Source: an uncultured Planctomycetales bacterium (GTDB taxonomy: Bacteria > Omnitrophota > Gorgyraeia > Zapsychrales > Fredricksoniimonadaceae). From it: 64,000 bases of DNA. Location: the NCBI GenBank assembly GCA_964572155.1, contig CAZNDZ010000001.1, positions 412,630 to 476,629 on the forward strand, given 5' to 3'. The translations under genes and the position numbers were made by a program. Below are positions 29,402 to 37,535 of this stretch, one piece after another (within the stretch, counting starts at the first letter, position 1; each line of letters starts with the position of its first letter). The notes beneath the pieces were generated by a model. It was given only the letters and a program-made list of their open reading frames with translations, made no database searches and was not told the DNA's origin.

Positions 29402-30322
29402 ATGAATAAGGAATTTATTAAAAAGTTTAAAAGGGCTATTGCTCGCTACGCGTATTACTTCTTCTTCTTTCTTTTTAAGTATTTGCCATATCCCGTTATA
29501 AAAGCGATTTCAGGATTTTTAATCCCGATAGCGTTTTTTATATTGAAGAAGCTACGAAAGAATGCGCTTGAAACATTGCGCATGGCTTTTGGTCATGAAA
29601 AATCAGCAGAAGAACTAGAGAAGATCTGTAAGGATTGTTTTTATAATGCCGGCAGGTCTGCCATTGAGGTGGGGGTATTTAATACACGGCCAAAACAACT
29701 TGTTGAACATTTTCATTTCGACGCTGATTCTCGTCGGAATCTAGATAATGCTTTAAAAGAAAATAAGGGCGTTGTGGCTGTTTCAGCTCATTTTGGAAAT
29801 TTTCCATTGATGTTGCTCTATTTCGCTCAAATTGGCTATCCAACTAATGCCATCATTCGTCCTAGTCGAGATGAGAAAATTGAAGTAAGTTTCCAAGAGG
29901 CGCGTCTTCGTCTTGGTCTTAAGACCATTCATAGTTATCCACGTGAATCATGTGTGCGTCAATCGCTTAAATGTTTGCGTCAGAAAGAATTGTTGATTGT
30001 TTTGATGGATCAAAATACGGGCAGCAAATCTGGCGTTTTTGTTAACTTTTTTGGTCAAAAAGCAGGAACCCCGACGGGGGCTGTTATCTTTGCCATGCGC
30101 ACCCAATCACCCATTGTGCCCATGTTTACGATCCGAGACGGATACGATACACACAAGGTTGTTGTCGAGCCACATTTCTATATTGAAACAAAAGATACCG
30201 ATGAAGAAACCGTGGCGCATAATGTCCAGCGCATCACCAGCATCATCGAGCGCTACATTCGCCAATACCCGTCGGAATGGGGTTGGATGCATAAACGCTT
30301 TAAGAGTAAGCCCAATGAATAA
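29402..30322 (+). CDS. lipid A biosynthesis acyltransferase (LpxL/HtrB family)
   Basis: N-terminal TM segment, SAHFGNF (HX4D/E-type) motif, 306 aa. Confidence 0.6.
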   Translation: MNKEFIKKFKRAIARYAYYFFFFLFKYLPYPVIKAISGFLIPIAFFILKKLRKNALETLRMAFGHEKSAEELEKICKDCFYNAGRSAIEVGVFNTRPKQLVEHFHFDADSRRNLDNALKENKGVVAVSAHFGNFPLMLLYFAQIGYPTNAIIRPSRDEKIEVSFQEARLRLGLKTIHSYPRESCVRQSLKCLRQKELLIVLMDQNTGSKSGVFVNFFGQKAGTPTGAVIFAMRTQSPIVPMFTIRDGYDTHKVVVEPHFYIETKDTDEETVAHNVQRITSIIERYIRQYPSEWGWMHKRFKSKPNE

Positions 30323-30482
30323 AACCGTATTATTTATCGTAGGTTTTTTGGTTGTCATCGTAGGCGTTGCTTTAGTGCTACGCTATTGGGATGATACGGT
30401 CATCGTCTTTCGAGGGACTGTTCCTGCGGCGATTGCCGTCTTGGGGCTTGTCCTCATGTTTGCTGCGAGTTTAAAAAAATGA
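30315..30482 (+). CDS. small membrane protein (two predicted TM helices), hypothetical
   Basis: 55 aa, MNKTVLFIVGFLVVIVGVALVLRYW..., overlapping the lpxL-like stop. Packed between two genes with 4-nt overlaps. Confidence 0.3.
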   Translation: MNKTVLFIVGFLVVIVGVALVLRYWDDTVIVFRGTVPAAIAVLGLVLMFAASLKK

Positions 30483-31132
30483 TCAAGCTTGTCATGTTTG
30501 ATTTAGATGGCACCTTGGTCAATGCCTACCACGCGGTTACCGCCAGTGTTAATTACACCTTAAAACAATTTGATTTGCCCAAACGCACTTACGCCGATGT
30601 CAAAGCCGCGGTGGGTATGGGTGATACACATTTGCTCGCGCATTATGTAGGGGAAGCGCGCAAAGAAAAAGCCGTGCGTTTTTATCGGGCGCATCATGCC
30701 AAAGCACTTGTGGCCAAAGGCGGCCTGCGATTTTTGCCACAGGTAAAAAGTTTGCTTAATTATTTGCAAAAGCAAGGGTATTGTTTAGCCATTGTCACCA
30801 ATCGCCCTCAAAAGTTTACAAAAGTCGTTTTAAAAAAGTTAGATATGGCCCATTATTTTGACATGGTGCTTTGTGCCGACACGACCAAGATGCCAAAACC
30901 CGATCCAGGGATGTTACGTTTGGCTTTAAAGCGGAAAAAACTAACCGCTAAACAAGCTATTTTTGTGGGGGATATGGATATTGATGTTCATACAGGAAAA
31001 AATGCAGGGATTTTGACCGTAGCCGTGGCCACTGGCTCTACTCCCTTTGCAAAATTAAAATTATTGCATCCTGACCGAATTATCTCTAGAATAGGCAAAC
31101 TAAAAAACATCATTAAGGAGTTAGAGTCATGA
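30479..31132 (+). CDS. HAD-superfamily hydrolase (phosphoglycolate phosphatase-like)
   Basis: MFDLDGTL motif I plus motifs II-IV; 217 aa. Confidence 0.75.
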   Translation: MIKLVMFDLDGTLVNAYHAVTASVNYTLKQFDLPKRTYADVKAAVGMGDTHLLAHYVGEARKEKAVRFYRAHHAKALVAKGGLRFLPQVKSLLNYLQKQGYCLAIVTNRPQKFTKVVLKKLDMAHYFDMVLCADTTKMPKPDPGMLRLALKRKKLTAKQAIFVGDMDIDVHTGKNAGILTVAVATGSTPFAKLKLLHPDRIISRIGKLKNIIKELES

Positions 31133-31209
31133 GTAAGCGTTTAAAGAAGGGTAGAATGCGTTGGCGTTCTAAGAAAGCAAATCACGGTACAAAACCCGGC
31201 AGAGGGTAA
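31129..31209 (+). CDS. 26-aa highly basic peptide (MSKRLKKGRMRWRSKKANHGTKPGRG); possible small ribosomal-type protein (bTHX-like?)
   Basis: Perfect AAGGAG RBS 8 nt upstream. ATGA overlap with the HAD stop. Sits below the ORF-track size threshold. Confidence 0.25.
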   Translation: MSKRLKKGRMRWRSKKANHGTKPGRG

Positions 31210-31212
31210 TAC

Positions 31213-31590
31213 ATGTTTAAATTGGTTTTGTCCTTGCTGTTGGTGGGTAGTTTAACCGGCTGCGTTGCCGCTCCAATCATTTTGGTTGGCGCTGGTGCCG
31301 TCGGTGGTTATGCTATTTCGCGTGACACATTTGAAGGCAATACCAATAAATCCCAAGATGAGCTTTGGGATAGTGCCAATAAAGTTTTGAGCATCATGGG
31401 TTCGATCGATCATAGTGATCGCAAACGCGATGAATTAGACGGCCATGTCAATGGCGCAACCGTATGGATCACCGTTATTCCTGTCAATGCATCGACGACC
31501 AAGTTACGTATCAAAGCCCGCAAGAACTTACTTCCTGCAATTGGCATAGCTCAAGATGTATATGCCAAGATCATTAACTTAACAGAATAA
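31213..31590 (+). CDS. small lipoprotein of unknown function
   Basis: Lipobox LTGCVAAP and a glycine-rich segment; 125 aa. Confidence 0.45.
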   Translation: MFKLVLSLLLVGSLTGCVAAPIILVGAGAVGGYAISRDTFEGNTNKSQDELWDSANKVLSIMGSIDHSDRKRDELDGHVNGATVWITVIPVNASTTKLRIKARKNLLPAIGIAQDVYAKIINLTE

Positions 31591-31626
31591 TGATATTGGG
31601 TTGTGGATCGAGGCTGTTGACATTTG

Positions 31627-31654
31627 TTCTTTTTTAAGTAGAATAAGCATCTCT
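31627..31654 (+). promoter_or_regulatory. sigma70-like promoter for tRNA-Phe (TTGACA-16-TAGAAT)
   Basis: Hexamers read ~5 nt upstream of the tRNA 5' end. Confidence 0.35.
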
Positions 31655-31659
31655 TTTAT

Positions 31660-31732
31660 GCCGAGATAGCTCAGGTAGTAGAGCGCGGGCCTGAAAAGCC
31701 CGGCGTCGACAGTGCAAGTCTGTCTCTCGGCA
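31660..31732 (+). tRNA. tRNA-Phe (anticodon GAA) with non-canonical T-loop UGCAAGU and D-loop A18
   Basis: Cloverleaf folded by hand: acceptor GCCGAGA/TCTCGGC, anticodon loop CTGAAAA, 73 nt, near-identical to E. coli tRNA-Phe apart from the elbow. No encoded CCA. Confidence 0.75.
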
Positions 31733-31830
31733 CTTTTTTCCTCCCATCACAAATTCTTCAAAAAATAGTGAAACTTTTAAGCGCCTGTCCTTGTCTAAAT
31801 GATTGAAACAATCAAACCAAGGAGATTAAC

Positions 31831-32325
31831 ATGGTGCCCCAAAAAGCTTTAGTTCTTACTACAATTGTTTTAGCTGGGATTGTCTTACTCCAACCCAATG
31901 TTTCTTATGCCCGCGATAGTCATCGCGATTACAGACATGATGATCGGTATGAAGATCGTCATGCGTATCGGTATCATGATGCCCCACGTAACGGTTTTTC
32001 GATATCTTTTGGTGGAACACGTTTTTGGTATAGCGAAGGGCGATATTATCGATTCGAAAAGCCCTGCGTTGTGTATCGACCTCCCGTGACGTATGTGCAA
32101 GTGCCAAGCCATGTGCTGGTTGCTGGACCGACGGTAATCCATGAATCGACACCGGTTGTACTTCAAGAAGATGGTTTTTATACGGTCAATATCCCTAATG
32201 AAAAAACAGGGGGCTATACCGAGGTTACATTGAAGCGTACGGATAAAGGATTTTTAGGACCACAAGGTGAGTTTTATCCAGACTTCCCCAAGGTGGCACA
32301 ATTAAAAGCCATGTATGTTAAATAG
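31831..32325 (+). CDS. secreted His/Arg/Asp/Tyr-rich protein, hypothetical (possible metal-binding)
   Basis: Signal peptide, then SHRDYRHDDRYEDRHAYRYHD repeats; 164 aa. Confidence 0.4.
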   Translation: MVPQKALVLTTIVLAGIVLLQPNVSYARDSHRDYRHDDRYEDRHAYRYHDAPRNGFSISFGGTRFWYSEGRYYRFEKPCVVYRPPVTYVQVPSHVLVAGPTVIHESTPVVLQEDGFYTVNIPNEKTGGYTEVTLKRTDKGFLGPQGEFYPDFPKVAQLKAMYVK

Positions 32326-32351
32326 AAAATATTCTAAAATAGGACTAAGAT

Positions 32352-32456
32352 ATGATTAAAATAATATTAACCGTGGTGGTGTTAGGAAGTTTTTTGTTAA
32401 TCCCAGCCATAGCAGCGCATATATTGCAAGATGGCAATGAGAATGAAACTATTTGA
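32352..32456 (+). CDS. 34-aa hydrophobic peptide upstream of the ECF sigma gene (possible small membrane protein)
   Basis: MIKIILTVVVLGSFLLIPAIAAHIL... has weak RBS support. Confidence 0.15.
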   Translation: MIKIILTVVVLGSFLLIPAIAAHILQDGNENETI

Positions 32457-32492
32457 TCGTTATATGTGTCTAAGTTAGTAGAAGAGGGTTTG

Positions 32493-33041
32493 ATGGATTT
32501 AGTCAGTGATGACATTTTGAAGAAAGCAGCGGCAGGGGATGTGGATGCCTTTGAGCAAATTTATCGTGCCTATGCCCCGTTTGTTTTTAATGTGGCGCTG
32601 CGGATGTTACAAAAACGTGAAGATGCTGAGGAAATTGTGCAGGAGGTTTTTGTGATGGTGCATGGTAAGCTCAATGGGTTTATGTTCCGTTCATCCTTAA
32701 AGACATGGGTGTATCGCATCACGGCTAATCAATGCTTAAACTATTTAGAAAAGCATAAACGTCACAACAAAGGTCGCGTTGATTTTGAAGATGTGAGCGG
32801 GTCCTTAAGCACAGCTAACGAAACACATGTTAGTATAGAGAAAGAAGATCAGGCGCACAGGGTAGAACAATTGTTGAGTTTGCTTAACCCCGATGAGAAA
32901 GCTTGCGTGGTGTTGCGTAGCATTGAGGGTTTAAGCTATGAAGAAATCTCCAAAAGTTTAAATGTCAATATCAATACGGTCAGAACCAGACTAAGAAGAG
33001 CACGTGAAAAAATGATGGACCAGCGTGTGGAGGTGATTTAA
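32493..33041 (+). CDS. ECF-type RNA polymerase sigma factor (sigma-70 family, group 4)
   Basis: Regions 2 and 4 are present (VALRMLQKREDAEEIVQEVFV...; C-terminal HTH). ATG 32493 with a GAAGAGGG RBS is preferred over GTG 32466. Confidence 0.8.
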   Translation: MDLVSDDILKKAAAGDVDAFEQIYRAYAPFVFNVALRMLQKREDAEEIVQEVFVMVHGKLNGFMFRSSLKTWVYRITANQCLNYLEKHKRHNKGRVDFEDVSGSLSTANETHVSIEKEDQAHRVEQLLSLLNPDEKACVVLRSIEGLSYEEISKSLNVNINTVRTRLRRAREKMMDQRVEVI

Positions 33042-33464
33042 ATGAACTGTGAACAATCCCAAGAAATGCTATTATCCGATTACCATGACGGACGTCTAAG
33101 TGCGCATCAGCGTCGAGAGATTGATCAACATCTAACCGTTTGCCCAGCGTGCAAGCTTTTATCCGAGCGTATTTATGATCAAACAATTAAGCCATTTAAT
33201 CAAACCGAACATGCCATGCCAGATGATTTTTGCTGGAGCCAGATCAAACGCCGCATTGCTCAAGTGCCAGCACCTGCTCCAAAGCCATTTTGGCTGTTGC
33301 GCCCAGCATTGGTTTTTTCTAGTTTGTGTGTGATGTTAATGATCGGGGGCGTTATCTTTAAGCAATATACAATCAGTCAAACACCGTCGATTGCGTATAT
33401 GCTAAGCAGTGACACGGACACCAATGATGAAGTCAGTGCAAGCATCGAAGAGTATTTTTTATAA
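33042..33464 (+). CDS. anti-sigma factor (zf-HC2 type) with a single TM segment
   Basis: H-x3-C-x2-C motif (HLTVCPACKL) and a TM segment (ALVFSSLCVMLMIGGVIF). Starts directly after the sigma gene stop. Confidence 0.65.
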   Translation: MNCEQSQEMLLSDYHDGRLSAHQRREIDQHLTVCPACKLLSERIYDQTIKPFNQTEHAMPDDFCWSQIKRRIAQVPAPAPKPFWLLRPALVFSSLCVMLMIGGVIFKQYTISQTPSIAYMLSSDTDTNDEVSASIEEYFL

Positions 33465-33483
33465 AAACAACAAGGAGTATTCT

Positions 33484-33933
33484 ATGAAAAGAGCATTAAC
33501 AGCCGTTTGTTTGAGCATGGTTTTAGCAGCACCCATGGCCCACGCCAAGATGGATGGGGGCATGTCCCACGAACGTGGCATGCGCATGGAAAAGCGCATC
33601 GATGAAATGTTTTCTCAATTAGATCTTACTGCAGAACAAAAGAAATTGATCGAGGCCAATAGAGCAAAAAATAAAGAATCACGACGAGCCATTATGCAAG
33701 AAATGAAAAATAGCATGAAGGCAACAGGTGATGAATTAAAAAAGACCGATTTAGATATGGCAAAAATCACGGCCTTGCATGAAGAACAAAAGAAATTATT
33801 TAACAAGATGTCCGACGATCGCTTCAAGTCAGTGTTGGAAGTGCGCAAGATTTTAACCAAAGAGCAATTCATTAAGTTCTTAGAAATGATGGAAAAACGG
33901 GTTAAGCATGACAATCCTTTTAAAGAGCAATAA
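33484..33933 (+). CDS. periplasmic Spy/CpxP/ZraP-like (LTXXQ) stress protein
   Basis: Signal peptide MKRALTAVCLSMVLAAPMAHA and repeated LTAEQKKL / LTKEQFIKF LTXXQ motifs; 149 aa. Confidence 0.55.
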   Translation: MKRALTAVCLSMVLAAPMAHAKMDGGMSHERGMRMEKRIDEMFSQLDLTAEQKKLIEANRAKNKESRRAIMQEMKNSMKATGDELKKTDLDMAKITALHEEQKKLFNKMSDDRFKSVLEVRKILTKEQFIKFLEMMEKRVKHDNPFKEQ

Positions 33934-33952
33934 TCGATAAATCCTAAAGCTT

Positions 33953-33968
33953 CCTGCCTGCCGGCAGG
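33953..33968. terminator. GC hairpin CCTGCC-tgcc-GGCAGG after the Spy-like gene
   Basis: Inverted repeat read directly. It has no strong T-run, so its terminator function is uncertain. Related in sequence to the palindrome at 43530-43568. Confidence 0.3.
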
Positions 33969-34027
33969 GACGCTTCTATATAAGCTTCTTGACCTCCGAT
34001 TGAAAATCAAGTATAAAAGACTCTCGT

Positions 34028-34100
34028 GCTGGCGTAGCTCAGTTAGTAGAGCAGGGCATTCGTAATGCTCAGGCCGGGGGTGCAATTCCTCTCGCCAGCT
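34028..34100 (+). tRNA. tRNA-Thr (anticodon CGU) with non-canonical T-loop UGCAAUU and D-loop A18
   Basis: Hand-folded cloverleaf: acceptor GCTGGCG/CGCCAGC, anticodon loop TTCGTAA, 73 nt. Preceded by TTGACC-17-TATAAA. Confidence 0.65.
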
Positions 34101-34174
34101 TTTCTAAGAAATCGCTTTCCCATAAACCACCTGCAGACCTTGTTTCTTCTCTATATATCACGCATACTTTAAGC

Positions 34175-36523
34175 GTGAAATCAATACGATGTACGATCCT
34201 TATCCTTGTTGCATTTGTGGTCAACACGTTTGGCCCTATGCCTGTTTTTGCCGGTGAAGTTGTTGTCCCCGTCATGCCAACACCTGGGACAATGGTTTCT
34301 TTAAGCCAAGCATTTACCCCAGCACATTTAAAAGGCATTGTCATTCATCCAGATAATGCGTTGCAATTTGATTTCTTAATTCACAAGGGCGACGGAAATC
34401 TAACAGTGGATCAGAAATCAGAAGAGTATAATAAGCTCATCAAATATTTCTTGGCCTCATTGACGGTTGCGGATAAAGACCAATGGGTGAACCTCTCCCC
34501 ATATGAAAAGAATCGCATTGTCGAAGACAATTTTGGTAAGACCGAAATGGGCCGTGACTTGCTCGCCCAAGATTACTTGCTTAAACAAATCACCTCGTCG
34601 CTCATGTATCCTGAAAGCGGACTGGGTAAATCATTTTGGGATAAAGTTTATGCAAAAGCATACCAAGAACTCGGTAATACAAATATTCCAGTCAACACCT
34701 TCAATAAAGTTTGGATCGTCCCAGATCAAGCCGTCATCCACGAGAGTGGCAACACCGCCTTGATCGTCAAGAGTCACTTAAAGGTCATGTTAGAAGAAGA
34801 TTATTTAGCCATCGAAAAAAATAAGGTAATCCCCACTGATTTGCATCAAAAAACAGATGCAAATCAAAGCGCGGGGACCGCTCAAGCTATTCGGCAAATT
34901 ATACTCCCAGAGCTTGAGCGTGAAGTCAACGAAGGCAAAAACTTTGCCCAATTACGTCAAGTCTTCTCAGGGATGATTTTAGCGACGTGGTATAAGCGCG
35001 CCTTAAAAGAATCACTATTAGGCAAAGTCTATGCCGATAAAGCCAAGGTCAAAGGCATTGATCAGAATCCTGAAAACAATGAAAAGATCTACCAACAATA
35101 CCTACAAGCCTTCAAGAAAGGCGTTTACAACTACATTAAAGAAGACAAAGACCGCTACACCAACCAACTAATCCCCAGAAAATATTTCGCGGGTGGGGTG
35201 CAAAATATTACTGACAAGATTATGGATAGAGCAATTGTTAGTAAAGAGATTATTCAACGTGATATTTTTAATAATAGCCCAACGTTAGATGCGGCAATGA
35301 CAAATGTTTCAGTTAGAACTGCTGTCTTAGGTGGATTTCAAGCAGCAAAAAAACAAGCGCAGAATGAAAAGCTAAATCAACCGGTGCAGGATCAGAATAA
35401 TCAATCGAGTAAGAATGAGGCGATGATGAGTCGTAACATGCCAAGGTTTGCCGCCGCAACGCTTGCGTTTGGACTTTTCTTTCAAGGTCGATTATATGAT
35501 CCTCAAGCCACAGTATCGAATCCCGTTGCAGGGATTTATAGTGTCATTTCGCCAAAGAGTTTCTCAAAGTTTGAGAATATGATCGACAAGATGCCAAATG
35601 ATTCAAGAAAAAAAAGATTTAGTATGTTTAAGGGTAAGTTCAGGCAAAAATCCATTATGAGTGTTATTGATAAGATCATCGACGAAGAAGATGGTCGTGG
35701 AAGAGGGGCCACAACCAAAGTAATATTTGAACGATTAAGAAATGATTATCTTGGTCCATTAGGATTTGATAGGTTTACTGACGAAGAAAGTAAACAAACT
35801 GAAATCAATGCTTTGGTTGATGCGTTGAGGCCGGATGTTGAAGCATATCTGACCATACGTAATCTTTTATTAAATAGATATGTAACATCAGATGCAGCCA
35901 TGAGTGGCAATAAAACATTAAATGCTATCATAGTAGCAGCCTTTGCTATGAGCATTGGCCTTGGTTATGCGATTTATGATATAAGAACAACTCCTGAGGA
36001 ACAAAATTCTGTAGCAACCATAAAGGGATTATTTGGTTCAAAATACATTTCTTCTAATATTTTAGAAACGGTCCAGATGGATGGGAGTTATATATATTCT
36101 GTCGAGAATAAAATGGCTAAAACAGAGCAAGAAAATAGGTTTATAAAGTTTATGGGAGATGTAAGGGATAATAAAATTAACCCTGCAGAAATAGATGAAT
36201 TTATTAAAGATAACAACATTGACATAAATGGTGATTTTGGGAAAGCTGTATTAAGATTAAGAAACAGCAATGCTCGTGGGGTGATCGTAGGGATTAATCC
36301 GGATGGTTCCATTAGCATCAAAGAAGATAAAGCAATGACTAAGGGTGGTATTGATTTGGATGGGGCTAATTTGGATTTGTTGATTAAGCGGGATGGGAAG
36401 GGTGTGCCGTTGCCGTTGGCTCAACAAGATATATCACAATTAAATGAGATTGAAGGGTTTGTGCCGCGGATTATTGAGATTCGTCCTGCCATGAATTTAT
36501 CTGTTTTTTCAAAGGGTAATTAA
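34175..36523 (+). CDS. large secreted protein of unknown function (paralog B)
   Basis: 782 aa with a signal peptide. The N-terminal ~330 aa (VNLSPYEKNRIV...FNKVWIVPD...NEGKNFAQLRQV...IPRKYFAGGVQ) and the C-terminal GGIDL region are homologous to 9253..11622. The middle is low-complexity and divergent. Confidence 0.6.
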   Translation: MKSIRCTILILVAFVVNTFGPMPVFAGEVVVPVMPTPGTMVSLSQAFTPAHLKGIVIHPDNALQFDFLIHKGDGNLTVDQKSEEYNKLIKYFLASLTVADKDQWVNLSPYEKNRIVEDNFGKTEMGRDLLAQDYLLKQITSSLMYPESGLGKSFWDKVYAKAYQELGNTNIPVNTFNKVWIVPDQAVIHESGNTALIVKSHLKVMLEEDYLAIEKNKVIPTDLHQKTDANQSAGTAQAIRQIILPELEREVNEGKNFAQLRQVFSGMILATWYKRALKESLLGKVYADKAKVKGIDQNPENNEKIYQQYLQAFKKGVYNYIKEDKDRYTNQLIPRKYFAGGVQNITDKIMDRAIVSKEIIQRDIFNNSPTLDAAMTNVSVRTAVLGGFQAAKKQAQNEKLNQPVQDQNNQSSKNEAMMSRNMPRFAAATLAFGLFFQGRLYDPQATVSNPVAGIYSVISPKSFSKFENMIDKMPNDSRKKRFSMFKGKFRQKSIMSVIDKIIDEEDGRGRGATTKVIFERLRNDYLGPLGFDRFTDEESKQTEINALVDALRPDVEAYLTIRNLLLNRYVTSDAAMSGNKTLNAIIVAAFAMSIGLGYAIYDIRTTPEEQNSVATIKGLFGSKYISSNILETVQMDGSYIYSVENKMAKTEQENRFIKFMGDVRDNKINPAEIDEFIKDNNIDINGDFGKAVLRLRNSNARGVIVGINPDGSISIKEDKAMTKGGIDLDGANLDLLIKRDGKGVPLPLAQQDISQLNEIEGFVPRIIEIRPAMNLSVFSKGN

Positions 36524-36557
36524 TTAAAAATTCTTATCATTCCTGGGCAATGGGCAT

Positions 36558-37514
36558 TTGCATATGTTATACTTTTCCAATATGAGAATGTTTTTGCTCC
36601 CCATGTTGCTTGTTTTAAGTCTGCCTGTTTATGCGGATACGTCCCGTTTGGATGCTGTTTCTAATGCGTTAGACGCATTTGACCGTAAATTAGATAAAGC
36701 CTTTGCTGCCTTTGATCGCGCTGACACAAATTCTAAACAAAATCTTGGATCCCGTAAGATTCAAACACTAGACATGGGTTTTGAAACCTACATGTATAAA
36801 TATTGGGAAGATATTCCAATCACCAATAAAGGTACGATGAATGGGTATTTTATCAATTATACGTATCGCCCGCCGGAAGATAATGTTTTAAACAATCCCA
36901 TTTTAAATGCCTATTTATTAGAATTTCGTTATGCCTCGGGTAGTTTGGATTACGAAGGTTCTGGCACCATTGACGGTAAGAAGAATAATAACTTAGAATT
37001 GCGCATGTTGTTTGGTAAGGAATATGGTTTGGATGTGAATGCCAATGCCATGCCTTATTTTGGGTTTGGCTATCGCACGTTGTTTGATGAAGGCAATGGC
37101 AAGTTATCAAGCACAAATGCCTATGGTTATGACCGACGCTCGACCTATTATTATTTACCCCTCGGTGCTCGATTTAATGTGGGCATGAATCATTGGAAAC
37201 ACACCATGGGGTTGGAGTATGATTTCTTATTGGAAGGTATTCAAATCAGCGATTTGAGTGCAGGGTTCCAATGGAATGCTATTCCAAATCCAAATGTGCA
37301 TAATCACCAACGTAAAGGCTATGGTGCGCGAGCCACATATCGTTTGGCGTATTCGACACCAAAAGTTGATTTCTTTGTAGAGCCATTTTTCCGTTATTGG
37401 AATATTGAAGCATCGAATGTGGTTAATGCGGATATTGATGGGAGTAACGTTGATCTGGTCGAACCTCACAATACGACTAAAGAATTTGGTTCTAAAATCG
37501 GTCTGCAGTTTTAA
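36558..37514 (+). CDS. outer-membrane beta-barrel protein (porin-like), hypothetical
   Basis: Signal peptide, alternating amphipathic beta-strand pattern rich in Y/G/N, C-terminal ...GLQF. Confidence 0.5.
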   Translation: MHMLYFSNMRMFLLPMLLVLSLPVYADTSRLDAVSNALDAFDRKLDKAFAAFDRADTNSKQNLGSRKIQTLDMGFETYMYKYWEDIPITNKGTMNGYFINYTYRPPEDNVLNNPILNAYLLEFRYASGSLDYEGSGTIDGKKNNNLELRMLFGKEYGLDVNANAMPYFGFGYRTLFDEGNGKLSSTNAYGYDRRSTYYYLPLGARFNVGMNHWKHTMGLEYDFLLEGIQISDLSAGFQWNAIPNPNVHNHQRKGYGARATYRLAYSTPKVDFFVEPFFRYWNIEASNVVNADIDGSNVDLVEPHNTTKEFGSKIGLQF

Positions 37515-37535
37515 ATCCTCTGTTATAATATCCGC

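Noticed and set aside
30039-30314. Upstream part of the 147-aa ORF 30039..30482
   Set aside because: Most of it is an alternative frame inside the LpxL-family gene. Only the C-terminal 55-aa hydrophobic segment starting at ATG 30315 is plausible.
32466-32492. GTG start for the ECF sigma factor as given by the ORF track
   Set aside because: ATG 32493 has a proper purine-rich RBS and yields a standard-length region 2; the GTG extension is unsupported.
34069-34344. 91-aa minus-strand ORF overlapping tRNA-Thr and the start of secreted paralog B
   Set aside because: It overlaps a tRNA and a well-supported + strand gene, with no homology signal.
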